Origin: Candidatus Latescibacterota bacterium
GTDB taxonomy: Bacteria; Latescibacterota; UBA2968; UBA8231
Reading direction: 5' to 3'
Length of the DNA stretch: 64,000 nucleotides
Assembly (NCBI GenBank): GCA_965203175.1
Contig: OZ241867.1
Coordinates: forward strand, 3,392,001 to 3,456,000
The translations under genes were made by a program, and so were the position numbers. The first letter of the stretch is position 1; every line of letters starts with the position of its first letter. Shown here piece by piece: positions 48,516 through 59,084 of this stretch. The notes beneath the pieces are model-generated. The model was given only the letters and a program-made list of their open reading frames with translations. It was not told the DNA's origin and did no database searches.

Positions 48516-48555
48516 GAAAAACCCTCGTGCCGAGGATTTGGCACGAGGGTTTTTC
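48516..48555. terminator. Bidirectional intrinsic terminator (repeat copy 2)
   Basis: A-tract, CCCTCGTGCC-loop-GGCACGAGGG, T-tract. Confidence 0.8.
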
Positions 48556-48685
48556 GGTTCTCTCAGGTTTCAAAGTAGCCCACGACCGAAGAGCGACAAC
48601 GACTTGAACCGTGTTGGCTGGTAACAATGTGGTAACACAACCTTTTCGCCGTTGTCGTATAATTGTCGTAAGTTATTGTTTTTAT

Positions 48686-48761
<76 letters not shown>

Positions 48762-48792
48762 AGAGAAAATATCTGCACGAGCGGGCTGGTCG

Positions 48793-49605
48793 TCAATGCC
48801 GCGCCAGTTCTGGGAAGAGCTCGTCGTGGACTTCGGCGCATTGGCGCAAGTGCACCATGCGCTCTGGGCTGGCTGTATCGAGCATGGTGGGATAGAACAT
48901 GCCGCCGCCGGTGACGATTTGGTAGCCGCCGGGAGAGTGGCGGCTGAGATAATCCCTGAGGGTGGCTAGGTCGGTGTCGTTGGTGCAGGGGCGGGTGAGG
49001 TTCATGGTGAACATGCGCCGCCGCTGGTCGCCGCCGAAGGAGGCGTGGTAGAGGTCGTGGTTGAAGATGACGAGGTCGCCGGGGGTCGTCTCGAGCGCGA
49101 GGCTGCTGGGAAAGTCGCGCGGCTCGATGCCGAACAGCTCCACGGAGTTGTTGAGGTCAATGCCCTCGGCGCGGACGAAGTGGCTGGGGTGGTGGCTACC
49201 GGGGAGTATGCGCAGACAGCCGGTGTCGCGGGTAAGGTCGTCTAAGTAGAAGGCGATTTTGACTGAGAAAAGCTGGCCCCAATTGCCATCGGGGTGCCAG
49301 CCGGTATCGCCGCTGTAGTAGTTGCCGTCGCCACTGGCGTAGTTGAAGTTTTCGCCGAGGACGCCGTTGCAGATTCCGACGATGCGCTCGTCGTCTACGA
49401 GGGTGCACAGCCGCTCGCGGTGCTCGATGGGGCCGCCGAACATGGTGCGCTTGCTGCCGTCGTGTTGCGCGCCGTTGCCGTAGGCTTGGATGGAGCGCTC
49501 AAACTCCTCGGTGATCCAGGCGATCTCGTCGGGGGCAAAAAGCTGCGGGAAGTAGAGATAGCCGAAGCTCTTGAAGAAGCGAATTTGCGCGGGCGAAAGT
49601 TCCAT
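48793..49605 (-). CDS. Phytanoyl-CoA dioxygenase family protein
   Basis: FFKSFGYL, WHPD, GCLRILPGSH, PGDLVIF...HAS. Confidence 0.88.
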   Translation of the reverse strand: MELSPAQIRFFKSFGYLYFPQLFAPDEIAWITEEFERSIQAYGNGAQHDGSKRTMFGGPIEHRERLCTLVDDERIVGICNGVLGENFNYASGDGNYYSGDTGWHPDGNWGQLFSVKIAFYLDDLTRDTGCLRILPGSHHPSHFVRAEGIDLNNSVELFGIEPRDFPSSLALETTPGDLVIFNHDLYHASFGGDQRRRMFTMNLTRPCTNDTDLATLRDYLSRHSPGGYQIVTGGGMFYPTMLDTASPERMVHLRQCAEVHDELFPELARH

Positions 49606-49658
49606 GAGGGATCGTCTCCGAGTTAGAGGCACCACGGAAAATACCGCTTCTGCGCAGG

Positions 49659-49907
49659 TCAGCCAAGAGATTCGATGGAAGCGATCTCCATGGTGCGTAG
49701 GTACTCGCAGAGGGCGCGACCGTCTAAAGGCAGGTCGAGCACGTCGGAAAAGGGCCACATATCCCCTGAGAGGAAGTCGATAGCCGTCTGCCGCTCTTGG
49801 TTGCAATCTGTGGTCTGCACGTCTTTGACGGCTTGGATGATGACTGCGGCAGCGAGCCGCCGGTGGCCGTCAAACCGGGCGCGATAGGTCGTCTTTTTTG
49901 TCTTCAT
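49659..49907 (-). CDS. Small hypothetical protein
   Basis: 82 aa, RLAAAVIIQAVKD motif. Confidence 0.6.
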   Translation of the reverse strand: MKTKKTTYRARFDGHRRLAAAVIIQAVKDVQTTDCNQERQTAIDFLSGDMWPFSDVLDLPLDGRALCEYLRTMEIASIESLG

Positions 49908-49966
49908 CTGTTTTTCGCTTTAGCTAGGCTAGAGATAGTATATAACGCCCGAAGTGCCGCTAAGTT

Positions 49967-51223
49967 TCACAGGTATAGCCCAATCACGCAGCCAGTCGCC
50001 ATGGTCGCGAGCGTACCACCCACCAGCGAGCGCAGCCCCAAGCGCGCCAAGTCGCCGCGCCGCTCGGGCGCGATGCTGCCGATGCCGCCGATCATAATGG
50101 CCACCGAGCCGAAGTTGGCAAAGCCGCAGAGGGCGTACGTGGCGATGATGAACGAGCGCGTGCTCAAGACGGCATTGCCTTCCATCTGCTGAGCGAGCGC
50201 TAGGTACGCGACGAATTCGTTGAGAATGGTCTTCAGGCCCATGAGTTCGCCGACGAGCCGCGCTTCTGCCCAAGGGATGCCCATCAACCACGTCAGCGGG
50301 TGGAAGAGGACGCCCGCTATGGTTTGCAAGCTCCAGCCACTTGGGGTGCCGTTGAACAGGGCGTCGAGATAGCTCAGGCCATAGTTGACCAAGGCGACTA
50401 AGCCGAGAAAGGCGATGAGCATGGCGAGGACATTCAGCACCAAGTGCATGCCCTCAGCTGCGCCGCGGGCAGCCGCATCAAGGCCATTGAGGGTGTCCCT
50501 CGGCGGCAGCTCTACCGTCTCTTGTGCTGTCTCCGCCCGTTCCGTTTCTGGAATCATGAGCTTGGACACGGCAATGGCGGCCGGAGCGCTGATCAGCGAA
50601 GCCACGAAGAGATGACCGGCAATATCCGGGTGGATCGCCCCGAGCATGGTCGCGTAGATGGTCATCACGGTGCCGGCGATGGTGGCCATGCCGCCGATCA
50701 TCAGGCACAGCAGTTCGCTTTCGGTGAGGCGGGCCACATAGGGGCGGATCAGGAGCGGAGCTTCGGTCATGCCGAGAAAAATATTGCCGGTCATGCCGAC
50801 GCTCTCGGCTGAGCTGATGCCCATGGACTTCTGCATGAACCGGCTGAGCCGGGCGATGACCCAAGGGAGAAGCCGGTAGTGGTAGAGCACCCGCGAAAGC
50901 GAGGCGACAAAGATGAGAATCGCCGCGATTTCGAGGGCGACCACCGGCCCGTGCTCGCGGGCAAACGACTCGGCGCTTACGCCGCTAAACAGCAGCGACT
51001 CATTGGCAGTGAGCGCGGTTTTTTTCAGCAGGGTCGTCAAGTCGCTGGCGAGACCAAATACCAGCGAGCGGATGGCCGGTTGCAGCAGGATAGCGGCCAG
51101 CAGAAGCTGGAGCACTGTGGCTGCGCCGAGAGTCTTCCAGGGAATGGAGCGGGTGCGACGACCGATGAGGTAGGCGATGGCGAGAAGAACGCAGTAACCT
51201 AAGGCACTGTGGACGATTAACAT
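49967..51223 (-). CDS. Concentrative nucleoside transporter (CNT/NupC family)
   Basis: NIFLGMTEAPL, GMATIAG, SAPAA, NEFVAY, CGFANFGS. Confidence 0.93.
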   Translation of the reverse strand: MLIVHSALGYCVLLAIAYLIGRRTRSIPWKTLGAATVLQLLLAAILLQPAIRSLVFGLASDLTTLLKKTALTANESLLFSGVSAESFAREHGPVVALEIAAILIFVASLSRVLYHYRLLPWVIARLSRFMQKSMGISSAESVGMTGNIFLGMTEAPLLIRPYVARLTESELLCLMIGGMATIAGTVMTIYATMLGAIHPDIAGHLFVASLISAPAAIAVSKLMIPETERAETAQETVELPPRDTLNGLDAAARGAAEGMHLVLNVLAMLIAFLGLVALVNYGLSYLDALFNGTPSGWSLQTIAGVLFHPLTWLMGIPWAEARLVGELMGLKTILNEFVAYLALAQQMEGNAVLSTRSFIIATYALCGFANFGSVAIMIGGIGSIAPERRGDLARLGLRSLVGGTLATMATGCVIGLYL

Positions 51224-51289
51224 AACATCCTAAAAAATAAAGGGTAAAACCGAAAAAAGTCAACCGCAGTGCGCCCGGTCCGCGCGCCT

Positions 51290-51940
51290 TCAGTCGAGGG
51301 CGTTGAGGGCGCGTTGGACGACCGAGTGCAGGGGGCCGTCGGTCGGGATGCGGACGGCTCCGGCCCAGACGGGAAGGTTGCCGAGAGTCTGCGCGAGATG
51401 GGCAAAGTAGGAAGCGTCGGCGCGGGAGCCGCGACCGGCCATGCGGGCGCGCCAAATGTCCAAGGGCGGCGGATTGAGGTGGAGGACGCAGAGGGTGGCT
51501 GGGGCGATGTTTGCGGCTAGCCCTTCCCAGAGAGCGTCCACACCCAATTCGGGGCCAAAGCCGCCGACGAGGAGGACTTGGCGGGTGCCGACGAGGTTAG
51601 CGCAAGCTGCGGCGAGGGCGCTGGCGTATTCGAGGGGACGAAGCTTTTGCCAGTAGTGCGGCGTACCGTAGGCCGCGTCGGGCGCGTCGCCTCGCAGCGC
51701 GGCCGCTTCGAGGATAAAACCAGCGGCCGTTTGGTCTTTGTCGAGGAGAAAGGTGTTTGGGCAGAGCGCGAGGAGTGCTCGGGCGACGGCGGTTTTGCCG
51801 ACTCCGGGCGGCCCGCCCAGAACCACGAGGCGGGAAGACGGGCTACCGGGACGGGCGGCTTGTAGGAGGGCTGCTATGGTGGGGCCGGGGTCGGGCGTGG
51901 ACTCTGCGTAGCCGCCGCCCAAGTGGGCCACATCCGTCAC
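51290..51940 (-). CDS. P-loop kinase-like protein
   Basis: GGPPGVGKT, LLDKD; GTG overlaps upstream stop. Confidence 0.75.
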   Translation of the reverse strand: MTDVAHLGGGYAESTPDPGPTIAALLQAARPGSPSSRLVVLGGPPGVGKTAVARALLALCPNTFLLDKDQTAAGFILEAAALRGDAPDAAYGTPHYWQKLRPLEYASALAAACANLVGTRQVLLVGGFGPELGVDALWEGLAANIAPATLCVLHLNPPPLDIWRARMAGRGSRADASYFAHLAQTLGNLPVWAGAVRIPTDGPLHSVVQRALNALD

Positions 51941-52671
51941 GGCGAGGGCGCACCGCGGTCTTGGGGCTCCCAGCCGACGAGTTCTTTGGCGTTGGCCAGG
52001 TCCCACTTTTTGTCCGCGCCCAGTGAGACCCCGTAGATGATGCCGAATTGGGGCCGGGGGGCCTCGATGCAGCAGGCAGTCAGTTCGGAGACATCGCGGG
52101 CGCTGAGCCAGCGGTTTTCGCCGGGGGGATAGGTACTGTTGACTTCCTCGGTGTCCGGGTAGTTGGCGATGCGGAGGCAGTAAGAGGAGATGCCGTACTC
52201 GTCGTAGTAGAAGCGGCCGAGCGCTTCGCCGAATGCCTTGCTGACGCCGTACATGCTGTCGGGGCGGATCGGCATCTCGGGGGTGGTGTAGATGCCTTCT
52301 TTTTCGTAGAAACCCGTTACGTGGTTGGTGCTGGCAAAGACGACGACCGGGACCTTGTTGATGCGGGCGGCCTCAAAGATGTTGTAGGTGCCCTGGATGT
52401 TGGTCTCCATGATCATCTGGTTGTAGCGCGTACGCGGATAGCCCCGCTGGACGATGGCAATGCCGAGGTGGACGATGGTGTCGATGCCTTCGCAGGTTTC
52501 GACCATGTTCTCGAAGTTGGCGAGGTCGGAGACGACGATTTCGTCGTTTGGTTCGACCTCGGGGATGTTGCGGTGGAAGAGCAGGCGAAAGTCGTAGCGG
52601 TCTTTGAGGTGGCGGCGCAGGCCGGACCCGACTTTGCCGGCGGCACCGGTGATGAAAAGTTTTTTCTTCAT
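51937..52671 (-). CDS. NAD-dependent epimerase/dehydratase (uronate-dehydrogenase-like)
   Basis: TGAAGKVG, ASTNHVTG, YGVSK. Confidence 0.9.
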   Translation of the reverse strand: MKKKLFITGAAGKVGSGLRRHLKDRYDFRLLFHRNIPEVEPNDEIVVSDLANFENMVETCEGIDTIVHLGIAIVQRGYPRTRYNQMIMETNIQGTYNIFEAARINKVPVVVFASTNHVTGFYEKEGIYTTPEMPIRPDSMYGVSKAFGEALGRFYYDEYGISSYCLRIANYPDTEEVNSTYPPGENRWLSARDVSELTACCIEAPRPQFGIIYGVSLGADKKWDLANAKELVGWEPQDRGAPSP

Positions 52672-52812
52672 GTCTCTTCCTTGTGTTTGGCGGCGTCTTC
52701 TGGGGTGCGGTCTATACTATTTGCTTGGGCTGCGGGGCGCAAGTCATTTGAGGTCGGGTTCTCGCATCCTCGCCAACCGATAACAACGGGCGGGAGACTA
52801 TACGTGCTCCGC

Positions 52813-54502
52813 TTAGAAAGAAACAGTCGCGGTCATTGAAACCGTCCGCGGCGCGCCGAGCCAGGCCGCGTTCTCGGTGATGGCGGACAGATAGGCCTTG
52901 TCGAGCAGATTGTTGGCCACGAGCGAGAATTCCGTTGATCGGAGCGAGGGATCGAGCGCCGCGCCTGAGAAACTGACATACGCGTCCACCAGCCAATAGG
53001 CGTCCGTGTACCATTCCGCCGTCAGGCTGACGCGCCGCGACGATGTGTACTTGGCCGTCAGTCCCGTGCGGACAGGCCCAGTCCGATCGAGCGAGACGAC
53101 CCACAGCTTGTCCGGTACGCCGGTGACGTCGGTCCCCGCAACGATGTTCTGGCTTTCGTCGACGAGGGGATCACCGCTCCCGATGTACTCCGAGTCGTTG
53201 AATGTGCCGGCCGTGTACAAGGAAATCTGCTGCGGCATCCGCACCGTTTCCGCAAACTCCAAGCCCTTCGTTTGCAGGCCGCCGGCATTGAAATAGGCAC
53301 CACCGCCCGGGATGAGGTAGTTGGGACCGGCGGGTGTCTGCGGGCCGAGGCAGAAGATCCGGTTCTGGAAGTCGATGGCGTACCAGGTCCCGCTCAACGC
53401 GACCCGATCCCCGGCATACTGCAGCCCGACGTCGATGTTCGAGGCCGTCTCGGGCTCGAGCAGGTCGAGACTCCGGTCCGGCACTTCGAGAGCAGCGTGC
53501 TGCTGATGGCCTTGAAGTTCTCGGAGTATCCTGCGAAGAGGTCGAGTCCGTCGACCGGCGTCTCGTAGGTCACACCACCCGAGAAGAGCAGGTCCGAATC
53601 GGAATCGACCTCGAGGTCCGGGTCGACACCGAACAGGTCCTCGCGCGACACCCTGACTAAGAACTGCTTGACGCCGCCGCTGAGGGCGAAGGGGCCGGCG
53701 TAGAGCGTTTCCTCGACGTACCACTTGAACACGCGCTGCGGGGGCCGTCGTTCTCACCGATGGTCGTTGACGCAGTGTAGGTTCGCTTGGCTGCCGGATC
53801 GTCCGTCAGGTAGTTGAAGGTGCCGCCTAGCGCCTCGACCGAGCGGGAGGCGATGTCGGCCGTCCCCTGGGACACTTCTACACCCCCGAGGTTCATCGGG
53901 TCGATGAACCGGTTGGCCTTGGCACCGCTGAAGTAGTCGGATGTACCGTTCGGGAACCCATCAATGGTCGTGCCGATCTGCGCCTCGCTGATGGTCACCT
54001 GGAAGCCGCGCACGGCGACGTTGCTCGACCAGTCGTCGAAGCCGTACGCATCGCCCTCTTGGATGGATACCCCGGGCAGGTTGTCAACCACCGATGTCAC
54101 GCTGGTGATGTTCGACTGCTGCAGGATCATCGGCTCGGCGACGACGTTGCTCGCGAAGATCCGAGGTTCCTCGGCAACAACGCTGATTCCCTCGAGGCCG
54201 ACGACGCTCGGTTCCAAGCGAACATCGAGAGTGGTGACGCCTGGACTTATCGTCAGTCGCTTTGTCCGGAATCCCACAAAGGAAAAAACTAGAATGTCCT
54301 CTGGAGACCGAAGGTCAATCGAATAGGCCCCATCCTGGTCTGTCATCGTCCCGATGGATATGCCCTCAATGACGACCGTTGTGCCCGGTAAGGCATCGCC
54401 GGTTTCATCCGAAACTACGGTCCCTGAAACCGCAATTTGCCCATGGGCATCTTGGGCTAGTTGTACAGCGAATATGACGGCAATGGTGCGGACGAATTTC
54501 AT
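52813..54502 (-). pseudogene. TonB-dependent receptor with internal deletion and frameshifts
   Basis: N-terminal carboxypeptidase-regulatory-like and plug region to ~53745, middle fragment 53732-53490 and C-terminal LEPET...NNLLDK.Y...GAPRT...F lie in different frames. Confidence 0.85.
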
Positions 54503-54589
54503 AAGGCCCCCCTCCATTAGGCGACAATACCTATATCTATAACGAATTGGCAGGACGCGTGCAGGGTCAAACTAGAAAGCACCGGTCTC

Positions 54590-55849
54590 TCATTTGGCCG
54601 AGCGCTGGGCCGTCAGGGACGCGAGGCTGCCCAAGTTTCTCAGCGAGGGAAAAAGGCCCGTCCAAGCGGCGACGATCAGCAACGTGCCGATGCCGCCGCT
54701 GACGACGGAGAAGACCGGATTGAAGAGTTGGGCCACCAGCCCGGACTCAAAACCGCCGATTTCGTTGGACGCGCCGACGAAGATGGCGGAGACGGCTTGG
54801 ACCCGGCCTCGCATCTCGTTGGGCGTGCCCATCTGCGAGATGACGCGGCGGATAACCATGCTGACGTTGTCGAAGGCACCGGTCAGCGCCAGCATCAGCA
54901 GCGAGAACCAGAAGTTTTGCGAGAGGCCAAAGAGAATGGTCGCCACGCCGAAGCCGGCCACGCACCAGAGCAGGGTTTTGCCGGAGCGGCGAATCGGCGG
55001 CAAATGGGCGATGGCCAAGGCGGTGATGCTGGCGCCAATGGCCGGGGCCGCGACCAGCCAGCCGAGCGCGGCTTCGGGTGCGAGGCCGACGGAGCTGAGG
55101 TCGATGATTTCGCGGGCAAAGATGGGCAACAGGTACACTGCGCCGCCTAAGAGGACGGCGAACAGGTCGAGCGAGATCGCGCCGAGTAGGAGCGGCTGGT
55201 CGCGGACGAAGCGCAGGCCGACGGCGATTTGAGCGAACATCTTGCCCCCTTGGATGCGCGGAGCGGGCGGCAAGACCATGGTGCTGAGGAAGAAGATGAA
55301 GGCCGCCGAGGAAATGGCGCTGAGGACATAGGCGATTTGGAGATTGAAAGCGATGACAAAACCGCCGATGGCCGGTCCGGCAATGCCGATGATCTGCTGC
55401 AAGCTGGTTGCCCACTTGGCGGCGTTTTCAAAGAGCGCGTCCGGTACCAGCAAGGGCGCGATGGCTCGTTGTGCGGGCCAGCCTAGGCGGAGGAAGGACG
55501 AGTCTAAAAAGAGCAGCAAGTACATCCAGTGGATCGGCATTTGGTACCAGCTAAAGACGGCCAAGGCCAGCGAGCAGAGCGTCGCTCCGGCTAGGCTGAG
55601 CATCATCAGCTTGCGGCGGTCGAAGACGTCGGCTAGATACCCAGCCGGCAGGGTCAACAGCAGCATGGGGATAGCTTGGACGAGGCCGACCATGCCGAGG
55701 GAGAGCGCCTGGCCGGTGCGGTCGTACACCTCCCAACCGATGGCCAAACCCTGGGCGGCCGTGCCCATCCGCACCAGCGAGGAGGCGATGAGATAACGCC
55801 GGAAGAGCGGGACGCGCAGGCTGGAGTAGGGATCGTGTCTTTTGTGCAA
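54590..55849 (-). CDS. MFS transporter
   Basis: GYLADVFDRRK motif A, about 12 TM segments, MRGRV. Confidence 0.9.
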   Translation of the reverse strand: MHKRHDPYSSLRVPLFRRYLIASSLVRMGTAAQGLAIGWEVYDRTGQALSLGMVGLVQAIPMLLLTLPAGYLADVFDRRKLMMLSLAGATLCSLALAVFSWYQMPIHWMYLLLFLDSSFLRLGWPAQRAIAPLLVPDALFENAAKWATSLQQIIGIAGPAIGGFVIAFNLQIAYVLSAISSAAFIFFLSTMVLPPAPRIQGGKMFAQIAVGLRFVRDQPLLLGAISLDLFAVLLGGAVYLLPIFAREIIDLSSVGLAPEAALGWLVAAPAIGASITALAIAHLPPIRRSGKTLLWCVAGFGVATILFGLSQNFWFSLLMLALTGAFDNVSMVIRRVISQMGTPNEMRGRVQAVSAIFVGASNEIGGFESGLVAQLFNPVFSVVSGGIGTLLIVAAWTGLFPSLRNLGSLASLTAQRSAK

Positions 55850-55956
55850 ATCAGTAGCGGTGTATAGTTATGGGCGGCGAGCGATGCGATCTCGCTAAAT
55901 TACTGGCGTGTCTCTGACTAGCGCCAGAGGCATATCTTCGAGAAAGGAAGTTTGCA

Positions 55957-57189
55957 ATGTTGGCAATAGACGGGGGTCCCAAGGTCCGCGAGACGCCATT
56001 TCCCAAGCGGCATCTGTTCGGGGCTGAGGAGCACGAAGTCGCGATGCGGCTGTTCTCTGAAGCGCAGGAGAGCGGCGCTGCAATCGGCTACAGCGGGCCA
56101 GAGGAATTGGCCTACGAGCGGGAGTTCGCCGCGTTTATGGGAGGTGGCTATGCCGACTTGGTCAACTCGGGTACTGCGGCGCTCTACGCGGCATTGGGAG
56201 CCCTAGAGCTAGAAGCGGCTGGCGAGGTAGTGATCCCGCCGATTACGGATCCGGGTGGGGCGATGCCCGCAGCGCTGTTGTGCCAAGTGCCAGTGGTGGC
56301 CGATGCTGCGCCGGGGTCGTTCAACGCCGGTGCGGAGCAGATCGAGGCGGTGCTGACGCCCTACACCCGCGCCATTGTCGTGGCCCACATCGCTGGCGAG
56401 CCCGCGGATATGACGCCGATTTTGGCGCTGGCCGAGGAGCGCGGGATACCGGTCATCGAGGATTGCGCCCAAGCCCACGGGGCGCGCTACCAGGGGCAGC
56501 TAGCGGGATCGTTGGGCACGGTGGCGGCCTTTTCTACCATGAGCGGCAAGCACCACGCGACGGGGCCGCAGGGCGGGGTGGTCTTTACCCGCGACGAAGA
56601 ACTCTGCTGGGAGGCCAAGCGCTTTGCCGACCGAGGCAAGCCCTTTAATACGGAGGCGACTTCTAATCTGCGTGCTGGGCTCAATCTCAACGGCAACGAC
56701 TTGTCGGCCGCCATTGGGCGGGTGCAACTGAGAAAGCTCGATGCGATGATCGCCAAGCGGCGTCGGGTAGCGGCGCAAATCGAAGAGGCCATTGCCGAGT
56801 GCAAGGCGGTGCGGTTGGGATGGCAGGTGGCCGAGTCGGAGGGAGTGTACTGGTTTATGCGCTTCCACGTGGATGCTGACAAGCTGCGGGTGGACAAAGA
56901 CGGCTTTGCCCGGGCCGTGGCCGCCGAAGGCATTCCGTTGACAGCCACGTATCGCTATATCCCTTCCGAGATGATCTGGTTTAAGGAACGGCAGGTCTTT
57001 CCCGGCAGCGACTATCCGTGGGGCTTGCCGGCGTATGGGGGAGACCGCAATGCGAAGTTCCCCTGTCCCAACGCCGTTGATGCGGTTGAAAGCCACTTCA
57101 TTATGTCGATTCACGAGAATTTTGCCGCGCGGGAAGTGGCGGATATTGCGGAGGCGTTTGCGAAGGTGGAGCAGGCGTATTTGCGGTAG
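55957..57189 (+). CDS. DegT/DnrJ/EryC1/StrS aminotransferase family protein
   Basis: NSGTAAL, IEDCAQAHGA, FS...KH..GQGG. Confidence 0.9.
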   Translation: MLAIDGGPKVRETPFPKRHLFGAEEHEVAMRLFSEAQESGAAIGYSGPEELAYEREFAAFMGGGYADLVNSGTAALYAALGALELEAAGEVVIPPITDPGGAMPAALLCQVPVVADAAPGSFNAGAEQIEAVLTPYTRAIVVAHIAGEPADMTPILALAEERGIPVIEDCAQAHGARYQGQLAGSLGTVAAFSTMSGKHHATGPQGGVVFTRDEELCWEAKRFADRGKPFNTEATSNLRAGLNLNGNDLSAAIGRVQLRKLDAMIAKRRRVAAQIEEAIAECKAVRLGWQVAESEGVYWFMRFHVDADKLRVDKDGFARAVAAEGIPLTATYRYIPSEMIWFKERQVFPGSDYPWGLPAYGGDRNAKFPCPNAVDAVESHFIMSIHENFAAREVADIAEAFAKVEQAYLR

Positions 57190-57231
57190 TATACTATTGG
57201 CCCAACGCAACCCTCCAGCAAAGCGGGGAAT

Positions 57232-58008
57232 ATGAGAAAGAGCAAAGTTTTGGACAAAGTGCGCACGGGGCGGTGTGCCCGCATTTGTGGCCTAGGGCAC
57301 TATCTGCCCTTCTTCGTGCGCTATGCTGCCCACAATGGCTATGACGGCATCTGGCTCGACTTGGAACACCGGGCGATGGACCAGCGCGAGGTCCAGGGCC
57401 TGTTGGCTTTGTGTCGCGCTTGCGATATCGATTGCATGTTGCGGGCCCCGACGCTCGAGCGCACTCGCCTCTACCGCTATCTCGAGGACGGGGCGACTGG
57501 TCTGATGATGCCGCTGGTTTCCGATGCGGCCTTGGCGCGCCAAATCGTTGCGGCGGTGAAGTACCCACCCTTGGGCAATCGCGGTTTGGACGGGGCGGGT
57601 TTGGACGGCGATTTCGGTCTCGACGTGTGGCATGCGGGCAGTACCTATATCGACGACGCGAATCGCGAAACCTTCGTCGTCTTGCAGATTGAAACCCCGC
57701 AAGCGCTGGCCAATGTCGAGGAGATCGCCGCGGTCGAAGGGGTGGACGCGCTCTTCGTCGGCCCGGCGGATTTGGGGTTGCGGCTCGGTTTGGCCGGGGG
57801 GGATGTCGATCTCAATCAGGCCGTCGCCAAAGTCGCGGCGGCGGCAAAAAAACACGGCAAAGCCTGGGGGATACCCGCCGGCACGCCCGAGTTGCTGGCC
57901 AAATACCGCGCACAAGGGGCGCAGATGCTGGCGTATGGCGGCGATTTTGCCCTAGCGCAGGTTTTAGCCGATTGCCGCCGAGATTTCGACCAAGCGCTCG
58001 GTGAATAA
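57232..58008 (+). CDS. HpcH/HpaI aldolase family protein
   Basis: LDLEH, KYPPLGNRG, QIET, FVGPADL. Confidence 0.9.
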   Translation: MRKSKVLDKVRTGRCARICGLGHYLPFFVRYAAHNGYDGIWLDLEHRAMDQREVQGLLALCRACDIDCMLRAPTLERTRLYRYLEDGATGLMMPLVSDAALARQIVAAVKYPPLGNRGLDGAGLDGDFGLDVWHAGSTYIDDANRETFVVLQIETPQALANVEEIAAVEGVDALFVGPADLGLRLGLAGGDVDLNQAVAKVAAAAKKHGKAWGIPAGTPELLAKYRAQGAQMLAYGGDFALAQVLADCRRDFDQALGE

Positions 58009-59065
58009 GATGACTATGAAGTTGCCCTCTGGCCGCATTTGGCCGCATATAGTATGCGATATGCTGGGGTTAAATTTGACCCACCCCCGTTTTGTAATCG
58101 ACGATATTGACCTGGGCAAAAAAGACGCGAGTACTTGTCGCGGCGACTTTCCCAAGTTTGCCGAATGGGGGGTTGGGGTGGTGATGTGCAAGGGAGGAGC
58201 GGCCTATTACGACGAGAATTACAAACCGCTGTGGCGGCAGGAATCGGAATGGCGTCCGGGCCGCGGCGGCGAGGATATGTTCCTGAGTCTGGCGATCAAG
58301 AATCCGACCCAACTGGTGCTGGGGGTGCTCGACCGTTTTTTACTAAACGTCGAAGCCTATCCCGAGCAAGTGCTGCTGGTGCGGACGACCCGGGATTTGG
58401 ATGCTGCGCGGGCGGCGGGCAGGGTTGCGGTATTGATGGGGGCCAATCGCAGCGATTGGTTCGGCGACGGCCCCGGCATCCTGCGGATGTTTGCCCGCCT
58501 CGGGCTGCGGATGATCACCTTGGGTCAAGCGACCCGCGAGTTGGGTTGGGACGCCTCCAATGAGACCCGTTCGGGCGGACGAATGACCGAGTTGGGGGTG
58601 CGGATGATTGCGGAAATGAACGCGGCTGGGATCCTCATCGACTTGGCTCATAGCAATGACCCCTGCGCCCTCGATATCATCGAAGTATCGACAAAGCCGG
58701 TGGTCGATTCGCACTCAGGTCCACGGGCATTGGTTGATGAGCCGAGGGCGGCACCCGACGAGGTTATGCGGGCGTTGGCCGAGCGCGGCGGCGTGTTGGG
58801 GATCCCGCCGCCGATCACCCGGCCGCCGGGGGACGCACCCTATCAGGCGGTTGTGCCAGAGCAGTTGGAGCAGACCTTGGTGCAGGTTCGCTACGCCGTT
58901 GATGTGATGGGCGTGGACGGCGTGGGGATCGGCACCCATTTCAACAGTGCGGTATTGCCTTGGGTGGTAGAGGGCTTGCTGGATGTGGGATTTACCGAGG
59001 AGGAGACGAGCAAGATATGCGGCGGGAATTACCTGCGGGTCTTGCGCGAGGTCCTGCCCGCTTAA
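58001..59065 (+). CDS. Membrane dipeptidase (M19)-like amidohydrolase
   Basis: MTELG..MIAEMN..GILIDLAH, DSHS, GGVLG, VGIGT, GGNYLRV. Confidence 0.82.
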   Translation: MNKMTMKLPSGRIWPHIVCDMLGLNLTHPRFVIDDIDLGKKDASTCRGDFPKFAEWGVGVVMCKGGAAYYDENYKPLWRQESEWRPGRGGEDMFLSLAIKNPTQLVLGVLDRFLLNVEAYPEQVLLVRTTRDLDAARAAGRVAVLMGANRSDWFGDGPGILRMFARLGLRMITLGQATRELGWDASNETRSGGRMTELGVRMIAEMNAAGILIDLAHSNDPCALDIIEVSTKPVVDSHSGPRALVDEPRAAPDEVMRALAERGGVLGIPPPITRPPGDAPYQAVVPEQLEQTLVQVRYAVDVMGVDGVGIGTHFNSAVLPWVVEGLLDVGFTEEETSKICGGNYLRVLREVLPA

Positions 59066-59084
59066 CTGGAGACTGAGGTGGAAG

